Of a stretch of DNA of 64,000 nucleotides, positions 1 through 10,729 are shown piece by piece. A program made the position numbers and the translations under genes. The DNA lies in assembly GCA_019058315.1 (NCBI GenBank), contig JAHPZH010000002.1, forward strand, positions 1,037,910-1,101,909. The letters are read 5' to 3'. The stretch comes from Candidatus Helarchaeota archaeon. GTDB lineage: Archaea > Asgardarchaeota > Lokiarchaeia > Helarchaeales > RDOG01. Below the pieces are notes generated by a model. The model was not told the DNA's origin, made no database searches, and was given only the letters and a program-made list of their open reading frames with translations. Numbering within the stretch: position 1 is the first letter of the stretch; every line of letters begins with the position of its first letter.

Positions 1-3000
1 AAATTTGCATTGATATTTATATTAAATATTCCATATTTTAGACCGATACTACTTGAAGGATTTTGAATAAAATTTTCTAAATTTTTTTGTACAATATGGT
101 TGAATTCTTCCATATCATTTTTATTTTCTATATTATATTTATCAGAACTTATTCGTGTATCTTTAAAAGAGAGTTCCTTGGTAACTGGATCAAATCTGAT
201 TTGAGAAAAACAATGATTTATATCTTTTTGAAATATACCTTGCCTTCTTAAATTGAATTGAATTATCTCTTCTCCATCCTCAGTTTGTGCCACCCATATT
301 AAACGTTGATTTTCAATATTTACATAAAATAAATATCCTGTTACTGCTTTCTCCCCATTAATGTTCCTACCTACAGCATAACTTTTAGAATATTCACGAT
401 TTATTCTTGATGAGATTTGTGATAATTCTTGTGCTAATTCATCTACAGGAACTTTACCATAAGGATGCTCTAAATGATCTTTTAATGGTTTAAATGGAAC
501 AACACTATAAGAGTGAATACCCATTGCTTGGTCATAAAATTCTGAAGTTGTGGTAATCATATATCTATCTAAAAAAAGTCTATGTTCTGCTAACCGTTGC
601 TCTTGAGCATATATTCTGTTAAATGGACCAAATGGTGTCCCCGATTCTTTGAGCGGGATTAATGGTCCCGCTCCCGGTGCATAACCAGTAGATCCCCACC
701 GCATTAGATTAATAGCGTTATATAAATCAATAGTTTCAGCAGGTACATTAAATATGGCATCATTTAAATTAGCATTAGTTGTACCAATAGCCTCTGTATA
801 TGAGTCTAAGAAGTCGAAAAATTCCTGGTTAGAATGATCAAATGAAAGTACTTTAAAAAATTCTTCAAAGGAAATTTCTGATAATTCTAACATATGTCGG
901 AATTCTTCAACTTCTACTAATTCCTCTTCAATTTCTTCTAAGGATCCTTTTGGAATGTAAATAATTTCCACCTTTTTTATATTTTGCCATTGATTATACT
1001 CACCAATCGCTAGATAGTCCATTTGTTCTCGTCTTACTGCATAAACTTGTTCAATGTCCTCCTCTAAATGACCCGATTTCCATATTCTCAATAAAAAATC
1101 TTCATCATCCCAATTGGGATATGTAGAAGTAAATCCTTTTTCATACCAACTAGGTTTCGTATCAGCACAGGCTTGGACATACATTTTAAGACCTTGATCC
1201 TTTTGAGACAACCATATAAAGTTATTTAATGCGTATTCTCTCATTTCTTTTTTATCTACAGGTAGTAAAAATGTAGCCATTTGTTCAGTTTCACGCATTA
1301 CTTGTTTCGCCCCAGGGAGTTTCCTCCTTAATACAATTACTTTTTGTTTCTCAGGATCCCAAGGCATTAAATGAAAGCAAGCACCTTGTAAACCTGACTC
1401 AATTGCGTATTCTGGATCACCACTTTCTTTTAAAGTTTTATAAAAGCCAGCTGTTGAGTCAAATATTATTTCCCCCAATAAATTATCCACTACTTCTTGA
1501 TAATTTGGACTAGAGGGTGGTAAACCAGCCTCTATTCGAGCTCTCTCCTCTGCATTTTGTCTTATGATTTCTTCTATCATTTTTTGTTTCAATTTTGAAG
1601 CCATCCACTTATGGAAATGGTGACTTCTTTTCATCTCATATTCAGGTGGAAGAGCAGGACGGGTATTGAATTTTTCTACTGCTGCATTATATTCTTCTTT
1701 ACTTAAAAACTCCCATGTATCCCATATATATAACAGCAACCAAATAGGAATTTCAACTTCTCCTTTCTCAGGTTTATAGAATCCGTAATAATAATCATCA
1801 GCAAATTCTTTCATTACAAGTTGAATTTTATCTTCTAATTCAATCTTAATGAAATCAGTAAAATATTCTATAGATAAATCCTCTAAATTTACTCCCACAT
1901 CGTCAAAATAATTTGAAACTATATTGGGAACGGTTAAAAATTCTGGATACATTGCTAAAACAAAATCTTGTACTGATAAATGTCTTATTTGCGCAATTTC
2001 TTGAGCAAAACCACTCCCTGCTTGTATTGTATTATCAATAAAAACTGGAGTTATTTGAGCAATATCTTGTGCAACGGCCCTACCAGCTACTGCACACATT
2101 TCATCAAGTTGTGTATGTGTTATTCCTGATGGAGGTCTAATGGCAGCTCTTGGGACATCATCTAAAAAGTCTGTCGGTTGTCTCGGAATAGATCTTGCTG
2201 GGCCTGTCATTCCTGAAGATGCTACTGGTACTGGTGGAGAAATAAAGGATCCCTCTAAATTTTCATTTAAATCAACAGATATTTGTGATTTAGTCGCCAT
2301 TTCAAAGTCGTTCGAAAATGTAGTTTCTGTAATACCCACACTAGCTTGTAATTTTCCATAATTATTCATGTTAATTGGTGAATTTGTTCGTTCATGGTCT
2401 CGGGTTGCAAAGGAATTAAATTCATTAAATAACTGAATTGGCGCTGTAATATCTGGATTTGATGTCATATCGGGAATGTTGGATTGAGCTGCTATAATTA
2501 AATCCCCTGAAATCATTAAAACACAAACAAAAATAGCGAATAATACCATTTTATTCTTCTTTTTTAAGAAAGTATATAATATAAGTAATGAAATAATTAA
2601 AAATAGACTAATTAACGCTAATAGCGTATAATCAATAGCAAATATATCCTCTAAATATGGTGATATCGATTCTATAGGAAAATCAGGTCTTCTAGACGGA
2701 AATCCCAGTCCATCTTTTATAGGTATTTCTTCTTCAGTAAAATTACCTATAACTATTGTCCCATTTGGAAGTGTCATAAAATTAGGTTCGTAGTTATAAT
2801 GATTACTATTGATATAATTTTCAATATTTCTAGAAATAGCTTGTTGATAAAAAGCTAATTTAAGATAATCTAAATCTGGTCTCAGAGAGGGTAATCCATA
2901 ATTCTGTTGGGCACTCAAGGTTTCAATTGTTTCTTCAAAAGGAGTTTCTCCAAGCCATTTAGTCAAATTCTGGTATTTTTGGTATTGATATAACCCATCT

Positions 3001-5195
3001 GCCTCCCCCAAAATATTTAATGCATCTATTGATAAATATGCATTTTGAATAGATGAAAATGTCCCATCATCTTTTAATTCACTCTCCTCTATTATTTGTT
3101 CTCTTAGAACATCTTTTTCTAATAACATTTTATATATCGTTTCTACCTGTTTCGGTTCAATTATTAATTCTTTTAAAAGGTTTGTAGCGAACCATAATCT
3201 TTCTAAGTTTTCTGCATAAGGTTGGATAATAGAAAGGGAATCATTATCTAAAAAAAACTGTTCATCCCATACCAATTTGATGTCGGAACTTTCTAAAAAT
3301 GATACAAATTGTTGTGTTTTTTGATTTTTACTATAGATATTTTCTAAAGACAGATAATGTAGACCTATTTCTTCTAAACCTCTAATCGGATCAAGAGCTT
3401 TTACCGCGATTATTGCCCAATACTGACTTTCCAAATCTTCTTGCATGATTCGATTCCAAATTATTCGACCTCCAACCATTTCTTTTATCTTTTCATATGC
3501 CATAGGTCTAATGGAGACTATTTCATCTTTTGCATCTATATAATTCAAGATACAAATTGCTTTAGCAGTGATTTCTATATTTGGAGTATCACCAAAAGTT
3601 TCAGAAAATCCTCCCTCAAGTCTCCACCTCTCCATAAGCCAAGAAACAAGTTTATTTCTATTAATATTTTCTAAAAATTTATCCTTTTTACCAAATAAAT
3701 CTAAAAATTGGAAAACTTGATAAGTTGTATCAATAGAAGAATATTCTTCATCTAATGCAAATCCCCCATCCTCAGATTGAAGGCTAGAAAAATATTCAAT
3801 TGTTGGGTCTTCTTTTTTAAATATCGGTGATTCAGATAAGAAATATAACATTAACGCATTGGGACTATTCTGTAAGTTTAAAATATTGATTCCTAATCCC
3901 AAAACCATTATGATTAAAATGGCAATTCCTACAGTAGGTGCTGCTCTTTTTACATATTTTGGCAATTTAATAGGTCTATTCTTTGGTTTTTTAGTCCAGA
4001 TCATCTTTTTGTTGGATTTAAGACTATATTGCTTAAAAATACCTCTCTTTACTGTTTCTTTTGTTTTATTTAGCGCATCTATTATAAAATTTTTAAAATT
4101 TATCACTTTAGTACTTAAAAGCAGCATTTTTTTAGATTTGTTTTGGGAATTTTTACGTAATTTTAAGGGAGTTATAGTATATTTTAGACTAAAATCTTTA
4201 CTGTTAGTCTTTTTATTTTTAATAAAAGATATCAAAGCATTTATTTGATAAATTATGTATTTTAATAAATCAACCTTGTATTCAATCTCTTCGTTTTTCA
4301 AATTTTCTAAGGTTCTATTTTTCAAGATCCTTAAAAGGTCAATTTTTCTGTTGTCAGAATATCCTTTTAATTCTAAAATGTGTTTAGCTTTTTCAAGAAA
4401 AGTTTCTTCTTCCTTTGAATAACCATATTTTCTCCTTAAACCAGCTCTACCAAGTAGACACTCTACTTGAAAAATACTGATAGCATTTGGACATTCAAAC
4501 TCCTTATTTAATTCTCTATCGTGTTCTTTTATCTTTGGATCGCTGTCAAAACTCAAATTTTGGTAATTAATGTCTCTATTTATATTTATTTTATATTTAT
4601 TACGAATTATTTTTAATTTATGTTCTATATTTATAGCATCAAGCTGTCCTTCTAAGAGTTCCTTGAAGAAATCAAAATATTCTTTACTTTCAAAGAGGTA
4701 ATTACTATTATTTTCCTTTGATGCTAAAAATTCATCGACTTTAGCAATCAAATATGAAATACGTGATAAATTTTTGGTTAACTCATGATATTCTTGGATC
4801 CTTTTATCTATATACTTAAATCCATTTAATAATGCATGGAATTTCTGATCAACTTCCATCGTAATATTTCTAAAATGAAGATTATTTAATTCTCCTTCGA
4901 GTTCTTCTAATAAATCAGTCTTAAAATTCGTTAACTCACTTAAGGTTAATTTTGGTTGCTTTTTATATTTCTTTTCAAGAAAATTAATAAAAATATCTAA
5001 CTTTTTATTTTCTAGTCGGGGTTCCCAGATAGAATTATAAAATGCAGCTGATAATATGGAATATATTCTATTTTTAAAAAAATCTTGCTTTTTATAATCG
5101 TTGATATACTTTTCAGCCATTTTTTCACATTCAAAACGATTATGCATACCATTGTCAGTATGATTTCTCGTTATTAACTCAGACTTTGTAATCAT
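1..5195 (-). CDS. Giant multi-pass membrane protein (>=1731 aa, 3' end beyond the window) with prenyltransferase/squalene-oxidase-like repeats
   Basis: Manually translated. ATG at 5195 preceded by AAGGTGA SD-like motif; frame open to position 1 (MITKSELITRNHTDNG...). TM1 AAPTVGIAILIIMVLGLGINIL (~3935-3880); YFSSLQSEDGGF and LVSWLMERWRLEGGFS motifs (~3795-3600); TM2/TM3 separated by KKKNK (~2630-2490). Absent from the ORF track because there is no stop in the window. Confidence 0.9.
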   Translation of the reverse strand, partial: MITKSELITRNHTDNGMHNRFECEKMAEKYINDYKKQDFFKNRIYSILSAAFYNSIWEPRLENKKLDIFINFLEKKYKKQPKLTLSELTNFKTDLLEELEGELNNLHFRNITMEVDQKFHALLNGFKYIDKRIQEYHELTKNLSRISYLIAKVDEFLASKENNSNYLFESKEYFDFFKELLEGQLDAINIEHKLKIIRNKYKININRDINYQNLSFDSDPKIKEHDRELNKEFECPNAISIFQVECLLGRAGLRRKYGYSKEEETFLEKAKHILELKGYSDNRKIDLLRILKNRTLENLKNEEIEYKVDLLKYIIYQINALISFIKNKKTNSKDFSLKYTITPLKLRKNSQNKSKKMLLLSTKVINFKNFIIDALNKTKETVKRGIFKQYSLKSNKKMIWTKKPKNRPIKLPKYVKRAAPTVGIAILIIMVLGLGINILNLQNSPNALMLYFLSESPIFKKEDPTIEYFSSLQSEDGGFALDEEYSSIDTTYQVFQFLDLFGKKDKFLENINRNKLVSWLMERWRLEGGFSETFGDTPNIEITAKAICILNYIDAKDEIVSIRPMAYEKIKEMVGGRIIWNRIMQEDLESQYWAIIAVKALDPIRGLEEIGLHYLSLENIYSKNQKTQQFVSFLESSDIKLVWDEQFFLDNDSLSIIQPYAENLERLWFATNLLKELIIEPKQVETIYKMLLEKDVLREQIIEESELKDDGTFSSIQNAYLSIDALNILGEADGLYQYQKYQNLTKWLGETPFEETIETLSAQQNYGLPSLRPDLDYLKLAFYQQAISRNIENYINSNHYNYEPNFMTLPNGTIVIGNFTEEEIPIKDGLGFPSRRPDFPIESISPYLEDIFAIDYTLLALISLFLIISLLILYTFLKKKNKMVLFAIFVCVLMISGDLIIAAQSNIPDMTSNPDITAPIQLFNEFNSFATRDHERTNSPINMNNYGKLQASVGITETTFSNDFEMATKSQISVDLNENLEGSFISPPVPVASSGMTGPARSIPRQPTDFLDDVPRAAIRPPSGITHTQLDEMCAVAGRAVAQDIAQITPVFIDNTIQAGSGFAQEIAQIRHLSVQDFVLAMYPEFLTVPNIVSNYFDDVGVNLEDLSIEYFTDFIKIELEDKIQLVMKEFADDYYYGFYKPEKGEVEIPIWLLLYIWDTWEFLSKEEYNAAVEKFNTRPALPPEYEMKRSHHFHKWMASKLKQKMIEEIIRQNAEERARIEAGLPPSSPNYQEVVDNLLGEIIFDSTAGFYKTLKESGDPEYAIESGLQGACFHLMPWDPEKQKVIVLRRKLPGAKQVMRETEQMATFLLPVDKKEMREYALNNFIWLSQKDQGLKMYVQACADTKPSWYEKGFTSTYPNWDDEDFLLRIWKSGHLEEDIEQVYAVRREQMDYLAIGEYNQWQNIKKVEIIYIPKGSLEEIEEELVEVEEFRHMLELSEISFEEFFKVLSFDHSNQEFFDFLDSYTEAIGTTNANLNDAIFNVPAETIDLYNAINLMRWGSTGYAPGAGPLIPLKESGTPFGPFNRIYAQEQRLAEHRLFLDRYMITTTSEFYDQAMGIHSYSVVPFKPLKDHLEHPYGKVPVDELAQELSQISSRINREYSKSYAVGRNINGEKAVTGYLFYVNIENQRLIWVAQTEDGEEIIQFNLRRQGIFQKDINHCFSQIRFDPVTKELSFKDTRISSDKYNIENKNDMEEFNHIVQKNLENFIQNPSSSIGLKYGIFNININAN

Positions 5196-6047
5196 TTCAT
5201 TCACCTTAAATTCCCAATTTTTTTGAATTTGAATTGAAAAAATTATAAAATTCGAAAAATACAAATTAATTTAAATAGATTTTATACAAAAAATACTTGA
5301 AATTTGCAAAGTTTTCATAAAATTTTGTGATTTCTTTGATACTATATTTATTAAAATAATGGGTTCTGAAACCAGAATTGGAAATATTGGGGGATCTGGA
5401 TCCAAAGTATGGGGTAACCTCACTTATATACCCTTTAGTAGAATCTATATTAGAAGATAAACTTAATTTATATGAAACTTCTATATATGAATTAAGATTA
5501 AAATCCTTACAAAAATGTAAGTAGAGATTAAACAACAATATCTTTTACCTGCTACTTTTAAACCTAAAAACTCCCATTTAAATTTGAAAAAATCAATTTT
5601 TTAGGGATAGATAATGTCTTTTGAATTTATATTTAAATTCTTCGAACTAATGATACATATTATATAATATCTATTAGATATTCACGATTATTCATTGTGA
5701 AATTCTTAATAATTATTGTAAAATTTCCAAAAAATAACTACATTTTAATGCGATTTTTATAATGAATAATATTCAATTCACAAAAAATCTCTTATTATAA
5801 AAATAAAGGAATTCATTTAGGTATATTATTAAATCATTTTCATTCTTACCTAATTTAATTTTTATAAGAGGAAAAAATTAATAAAAACTATAATTAATTT
5901 GAATTTCTTATAAAAGACGCTTCTATAATTAAATTTTAAATATATTTCGTCATTTGATTTACTAAATACTTATTTCTTTAATATAACTAACAAAAAAACT
6001 TATCAAGTTTTTATATAATAAGTTAATAACAATAATACTTGATGTGA

Positions 6048-7493
6048 ATGAAATTGGGAATACGAAATAAATCCATTATATATGTATTAGTATTATTATT
6101 AAGTCTTAATACTACATTTCAAATATTAAATAATAAATTGATCTTAGTTTCGGAACATTATAATACAAAAGCTCCAGATTTATCTTCCAAAAATATATTA
6201 ACAAAAATGGGAAATGAAATTCAAGCAAATACTTACAATAATAGTAATCAAGCAATCCCTGCAATTTCATGTATTTCCAATGATTCCGTCATTATAGTTT
6301 GGCAAAGTGCAAATCAAGATGGGAGTTTAAGAGGTATATTTGCTAAGCTTTTTGATTCAGATGGTAATAACAAAACCAACGACATCCAAGTAAATACTTA
6401 TAATTCAAACGATCAATTGTGGCCATCGGTTTCTTATTTCTCTGATAAATCCTTTGTAATAACTTGGACCAGTGATGGACAAGATACAGATGGTTATGGT
6501 GTTTATGCTAAAATTTTTAATTCCTCTGGACTTAATCGGACTAATGATATTCAAGTAAATTCTAATAATACAAATGATCAAAGACTATCAAAAGTATCAA
6601 GTTTTTCTGATGGATCTTTTGTTGTAGCTTGGGAAAGTTATTTTCAAGATGGTGATGGTACTGGAGTTTTTTTCAAAATCTTTAATTCAACTGGTGCTAA
6701 TAAGACTGATGATATTCGAGTAAACGATTATACTTCTAATGATCAAGATAATGTATTCATTTGCTGTCTTCCTAATAACGATTTTGTTGTGGCATGGATA
6801 AGTGATCAACAAGATGGAGCTGGAGATAGTGTCTATATTAAAATTTTTAACTCATTAGGCGTTGAAAAAACCGGTGAAATACTAGTAAATAATTTTTACG
6901 AACATTCACAAATGAATCCTTTCATCCGTAGTTTTTCTGATAGTTCATTTGTTATAGCATGGCAATGCTTCGCTCAAGACGGAGATGGTTGGGGAATCTT
7001 TACAAAAATTTTCAATTCAACAGGACTCAATACCACAAATGATATCCAAGCCAACACGCATTATGAAGATTGGCAAGATAGACCTTCAGTTTGTTGTTTT
7101 TCTGATAAATCTTTTATGGTTACATGGAATAGTAGAGATATTACTTATACTGATGTTTATGCAAGCCTTTTTGACTCATCGGGTCATAAGCTGACTGGAG
7201 ATATAAGAATTAATACCTATACACAATATTATCAAGATACTACATCTGTTGATTGTCTTTCAAATGATAAATTTGTAATAGTTTGGCAAAGTCAAGACCA
7301 AGATGGAGATGGGTTAGGGATCTTTTTCAGAATTGGATATTTTGCTAAATCTTATGAATATGAAAAATTAATTATAAGTATGTTGATAATGCAATCAGGG
7401 ACTAGAATAGATTCTTTTCTAATTGGTGGAATTCTTTTAGGATCTTTTGCTTCAATTATTTTCGTTTTTTGGTATTGGAATAAAAGAAGATAA
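6048..7493 (+). CDS. Membrane-anchored surface protein with ~7 x ~55-aa beta-propeller-like repeats
   Basis: N-terminal hydrophobic signal; repeats of VNTYxxxxQxxPxVxxFSDxSFVVxWxSxxQDGDGxGIFxKIFNSxG; C-terminal TM followed by NKRR. Confidence 0.85.
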   Translation: MKLGIRNKSIIYVLVLLLSLNTTFQILNNKLILVSEHYNTKAPDLSSKNILTKMGNEIQANTYNNSNQAIPAISCISNDSVIIVWQSANQDGSLRGIFAKLFDSDGNNKTNDIQVNTYNSNDQLWPSVSYFSDKSFVITWTSDGQDTDGYGVYAKIFNSSGLNRTNDIQVNSNNTNDQRLSKVSSFSDGSFVVAWESYFQDGDGTGVFFKIFNSTGANKTDDIRVNDYTSNDQDNVFICCLPNNDFVVAWISDQQDGAGDSVYIKIFNSLGVEKTGEILVNNFYEHSQMNPFIRSFSDSSFVIAWQCFAQDGDGWGIFTKIFNSTGLNTTNDIQANTHYEDWQDRPSVCCFSDKSFMVTWNSRDITYTDVYASLFDSSGHKLTGDIRINTYTQYYQDTTSVDCLSNDKFVIVWQSQDQDGDGLGIFFRIGYFAKSYEYEKLIISMLIMQSGTRIDSFLIGGILLGSFASIIFVFWYWNKRR

Positions 7494-7808
7494 TTTTATA
7501 TATAATTTATGAACACCAATTGGATAATCTATTAAAAATGAATTAAGACATTTATTATTTCACTCTAGATAGAACTTAAGTTACGAGAATAAAAATTATC
7601 TAAATGAAAGCTTAAGCATTATAAAAAACTATAATTAAAAAAAATGCCATAGAATACTATGAAGAAACTATTAAGCTTTTTATTCTTGAGAAATAAATGT
7701 TTTATAACAAAGAATTATGTTAATATAAAAAAGCATTAATTAAAATTAACTTTAATTGAACGATATAGAACAGAAAAATTATTTCAAATATTATATTATT
7801 TAAAAGAA

Positions 7809-8705
7809 ATGGTTAAAGGAATGAATTTTAATAATTACGTTGAGATTCGAGGAAAAAAATATGTTTTAAAAAGGGATTATCACGGATTTATCAAACTGAA
7901 TCTATCTAGTGCTAATATCTCAAGTATTACAGAAGTTGAAGGTTTAAATAAACTTCACCCATTCAATATATTAAGAATTATGGGAGATCCAAACTCGAAA
8001 CGTAAGTTTGTGGATATGGATAGTTTGGAAGAATTAACAAGAGATCAAAAATTACAAATTCATAAATTATTTCTTAATAATAATGAAATTATTAAAATTA
8101 AAGGGTTGAGAGGTTTTGCTAAGTTGGCAACATTAGACCTTAGTGGGAATAAAATCAATAGTATAGAAGGATTAAATGAACTTCCAAATCTTCAAATACT
8201 TTCACTCATAAAAAATCAAATTAGGGAAATTGCGGGTTTAGATAATTTAACTAAATTAAATTCCCTAAGACTTAATAAGAACAAAATTCAAGAAATAAAA
8301 GGTCTAAATAAAATTATTAATTTAAAATCACTCGATTTAAGATCAAATGAAATTAAGGAAATTAAAGGTCTAGAATCACTTAAAAATTTAACATCACTTT
8401 CCCTAGATAATAATAAAATTAAAGAGATTAAAGGACTAGAAAAATTAAGAAATTTAAGGTCATTATCTTTAGGGAGTAACCAAATTACAAAAATTGAAGG
8501 ATTGGATAATCTTATTAAATTACAAGAATTGAGTCTTGATAATAATGAAATTTGTAAAGTGGAAGGATTGGATAATCTTATTAGGTTAGAAGATTTGGAT
8601 CTTTCTAGAAATCGAATATCTGTAGAATATGAATACCTTATGGCTGAATTACGTGTCGATTCTCCATATTTAGAAATTTTAACACTAGATAATCAGAAAT
8701 CATAA
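7809..8705 (+). CDS. Leucine-rich repeat protein (SDS22-like)
   Basis: About nine 22-aa repeats LxxLxLxxNxIxxIxGLxxLxx. Confidence 0.92.
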   Translation: MVKGMNFNNYVEIRGKKYVLKRDYHGFIKLNLSSANISSITEVEGLNKLHPFNILRIMGDPNSKRKFVDMDSLEELTRDQKLQIHKLFLNNNEIIKIKGLRGFAKLATLDLSGNKINSIEGLNELPNLQILSLIKNQIREIAGLDNLTKLNSLRLNKNKIQEIKGLNKIINLKSLDLRSNEIKEIKGLESLKNLTSLSLDNNKIKEIKGLEKLRNLRSLSLGSNQITKIEGLDNLIKLQELSLDNNEICKVEGLDNLIRLEDLDLSRNRISVEYEYLMAELRVDSPYLEILTLDNQKS

Positions 8706-8778
8706 AAATAATTATTTATTTTTTCATTTTATCATATTTTTGAGTAAAATTTAGATTTATTTAATATGAAAATAGAAA

Positions 8779-9342
8779 TTATGAATCTGTCTTATATTTT
8801 CCCATTATAAGTCTATAAAGTTCTTTAATCCAAGAAAGTATAACCGTTAGAGAGCCAATAAATAATAATATAACTCCCCAACTGAATCGTTCTGGGTATA
8901 CTAAAGACTGTATATTTAAAAAAAAGCTAAAAAATACTAAACAAATTCCTAATAGCGAAAAAATTATTTTTACAATTTGATTTTTTTCTAAATTAGGGAT
9001 ATTAGTACATATTATTAAGCTAGCTAAACCAACAATCCCTGAAATAAGTATAAGACTCCCAATAATCAGTCCAGAAGTTAAATTAGGTCTTATAAGGTTA
9101 TAAATAAGTGTAAGAGTGCCTATTAACTCACTCTTATCTGATATTTCGGAACTAAGTATATCGTTTAACCAAATTATATATCCCAACCTGAAATTTTCCG
9201 CAAATACTCTATTTCTTTCATTAATTAACAACCAAAATATTCCTATAGCAATAATTATTATACTAGTGTTAATTAAAATGAAAACAATTTTTTTCTTTGT
9301 TTCCCAACCTCTCATTATTCGTGCCAAATTTATGAAAGCCAT
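8779..9342 (-). CDS. Hypothetical membrane protein (~4 TM)
   Basis: 187-aa ORF with four hydrophobic segments. Confidence 0.7.
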   Translation of the reverse strand: MAFINLARIMRGWETKKKIVFILINTSIIIIAIGIFWLLINERNRVFAENFRLGYIIWLNDILSSEISDKSELIGTLTLIYNLIRPNLTSGLIIGSLILISGIVGLASLIICTNIPNLEKNQIVKIIFSLLGICLVFFSFFLNIQSLVYPERFSWGVILLFIGSLTVILSWIKELYRLIMGKYKTDS

Positions 9343-9377
9343 TTCTATAAATCCTTCTAAAATTCTAAATATCTTCT

Positions 9378-9563
9378 TTAATAAAAAACCTTTTTTTTAT
9401 AAACCACTTTCCAAAGTAACGTTAAATCATCTTGAAACAAGAGATTTGAATTTTCTTCTCTGATACTCCCCAATATTTCCAATGCGCTTTGCTCAACATA
9501 TTTAAAAACTTTGATCGGTTCTGTAATTAAACTAGACATTTCAGATTTACGAATTGAGTCCAA
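9378..9563 (-). CDS. Possible small hypothetical protein
   Basis: 61-aa TTG-start ORF filling the gap 2 bp after the upstream gene; no motif recognised. Confidence 0.3.
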   Translation of the reverse strand: MDSIRKSEMSSLITEPIKVFKYVEQSALEILGSIREENSNLLFQDDLTLLWKVVYKKKVFY

Positions 9564-9565
9564 CC

Positions 9566-10657
9566 CTAATCATATTCAGGAACAAATGGAAAACAGTCTA
9601 GAACCAAATTAGAGGTTGTTTTAAATTTTTCCTCATCAATTGTTTCTGTAAGAAATTGAGAGTAATCCTTTAAAAATCGTTCAGTAAAAGAATTAAGAGC
9701 ATCTCTTAATGTTTTCGAAGACTTGTTTGCTACTAAAACGCAAATAATGGGGTGCTTCTCACTTTTTCTTAAAATAAGGATAGCTTCTTCGAGATGGATT
9801 TCGCTGACAATTCCTTTACCTAAAGATTCTTGAACAAATTGATTTATGGCATGCATCATTCCAGAAAAGAGTGACGCGTCTGACATTTCTTCTTTTTCAC
9901 TCCAAGTATAGCTATAAATTGGAATTCCACCAACTGATTCAATAATTGCAAGTCTTAACACTTTAAATGGTAATATATATGCTAACTTCGGCTGCTTTGC
10001 AAAGGAAATTGCAGTTATTAAGATCCCAACACCAAAAAGTGCCATATGTATTCCAGGAACTGCCAAGTGTAACCCAAGTATAACAGCAACGGTGGTAACG
10101 ACTCCAAAAATAATAGTTCCTACTAAGCACATGAAAGAATTGAATTGTAATTTTTTGGGAGCATTTATATGAATTTTAGCAAAATAATAAATCATAAGAC
10201 TACCCATTACTAATTCATGAACTGCAAGAATAGGTAATAGCTTTCCACTAAAAAAAATCGTCCACTCTCCATTAGGATATGTATCAACAGCAAATGAATT
10301 CGGATCCAAACAGGCAATCATTAAAGCCCCAGAAAGTAGACTAATAACCATTATTTTTATTGGATCAAAAGATTCACGAGATATTATATCTACTAATAAA
10401 ACAACACTAAATCCCATAGGAACATAAGAATAACAAAATATCATTAATATTGGAACACTTAAAAAAAAGTCAGCAAATGCATAAGAAAAGATCATTAAAA
10501 AGGAAAAAAAGCAACTTAGCCCCAGAAATATTATAGGGCGGTATTTATATTTAAAATAAAAATAAATTGCGAATATAATTCCAGGAATTACAAGTCCTGA
10601 AGCTATGAATGTTATTATGGTATGCATTTTCCATCCAACAAACATATTAATCCACAC
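9566..10657 (-). CDS. 7TM membrane domain fused to C-terminal longin/roadblock-like domain
   Basis: About seven hydrophobic helices in aa 10-220, then a soluble domain with GGIPIYSYTW...LFSGMMHAINQFVQE...ICVLVANKSSKTLRDALNSFTERF, a pattern typical of Asgard longin-like domains. Confidence 0.75.
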   Translation of the reverse strand: MWINMFVGWKMHTIITFIASGLVIPGIIFAIYFYFKYKYRPIIFLGLSCFFSFLMIFSYAFADFFLSVPILMIFCYSYVPMGFSVVLLVDIISRESFDPIKIMVISLLSGALMIACLDPNSFAVDTYPNGEWTIFFSGKLLPILAVHELVMGSLMIYYFAKIHINAPKKLQFNSFMCLVGTIIFGVVTTVAVILGLHLAVPGIHMALFGVGILITAISFAKQPKLAYILPFKVLRLAIIESVGGIPIYSYTWSEKEEMSDASLFSGMMHAINQFVQESLGKGIVSEIHLEEAILILRKSEKHPIICVLVANKSSKTLRDALNSFTERFLKDYSQFLTETIDEEKFKTTSNLVLDCFPFVPEYD

Positions 10658-10729
10658 TCTCTAATTTGGTTTCTAGATTTCAAATTTTTTGAAATAATTA
10701 ACAGATTCTTATATTTTTTATATTATTTA

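Noticed and set aside
2140-4248. Three plus-strand ORFs (2140, 3441, 3859)
   Set aside because: All lie antisense within the giant minus-strand ORF.
5266-5538. 90-aa minus-strand ORF upstream of the giant gene
   Set aside because: TTG start, AT-driven composition and no motif; more likely promoter region, though not excluded.
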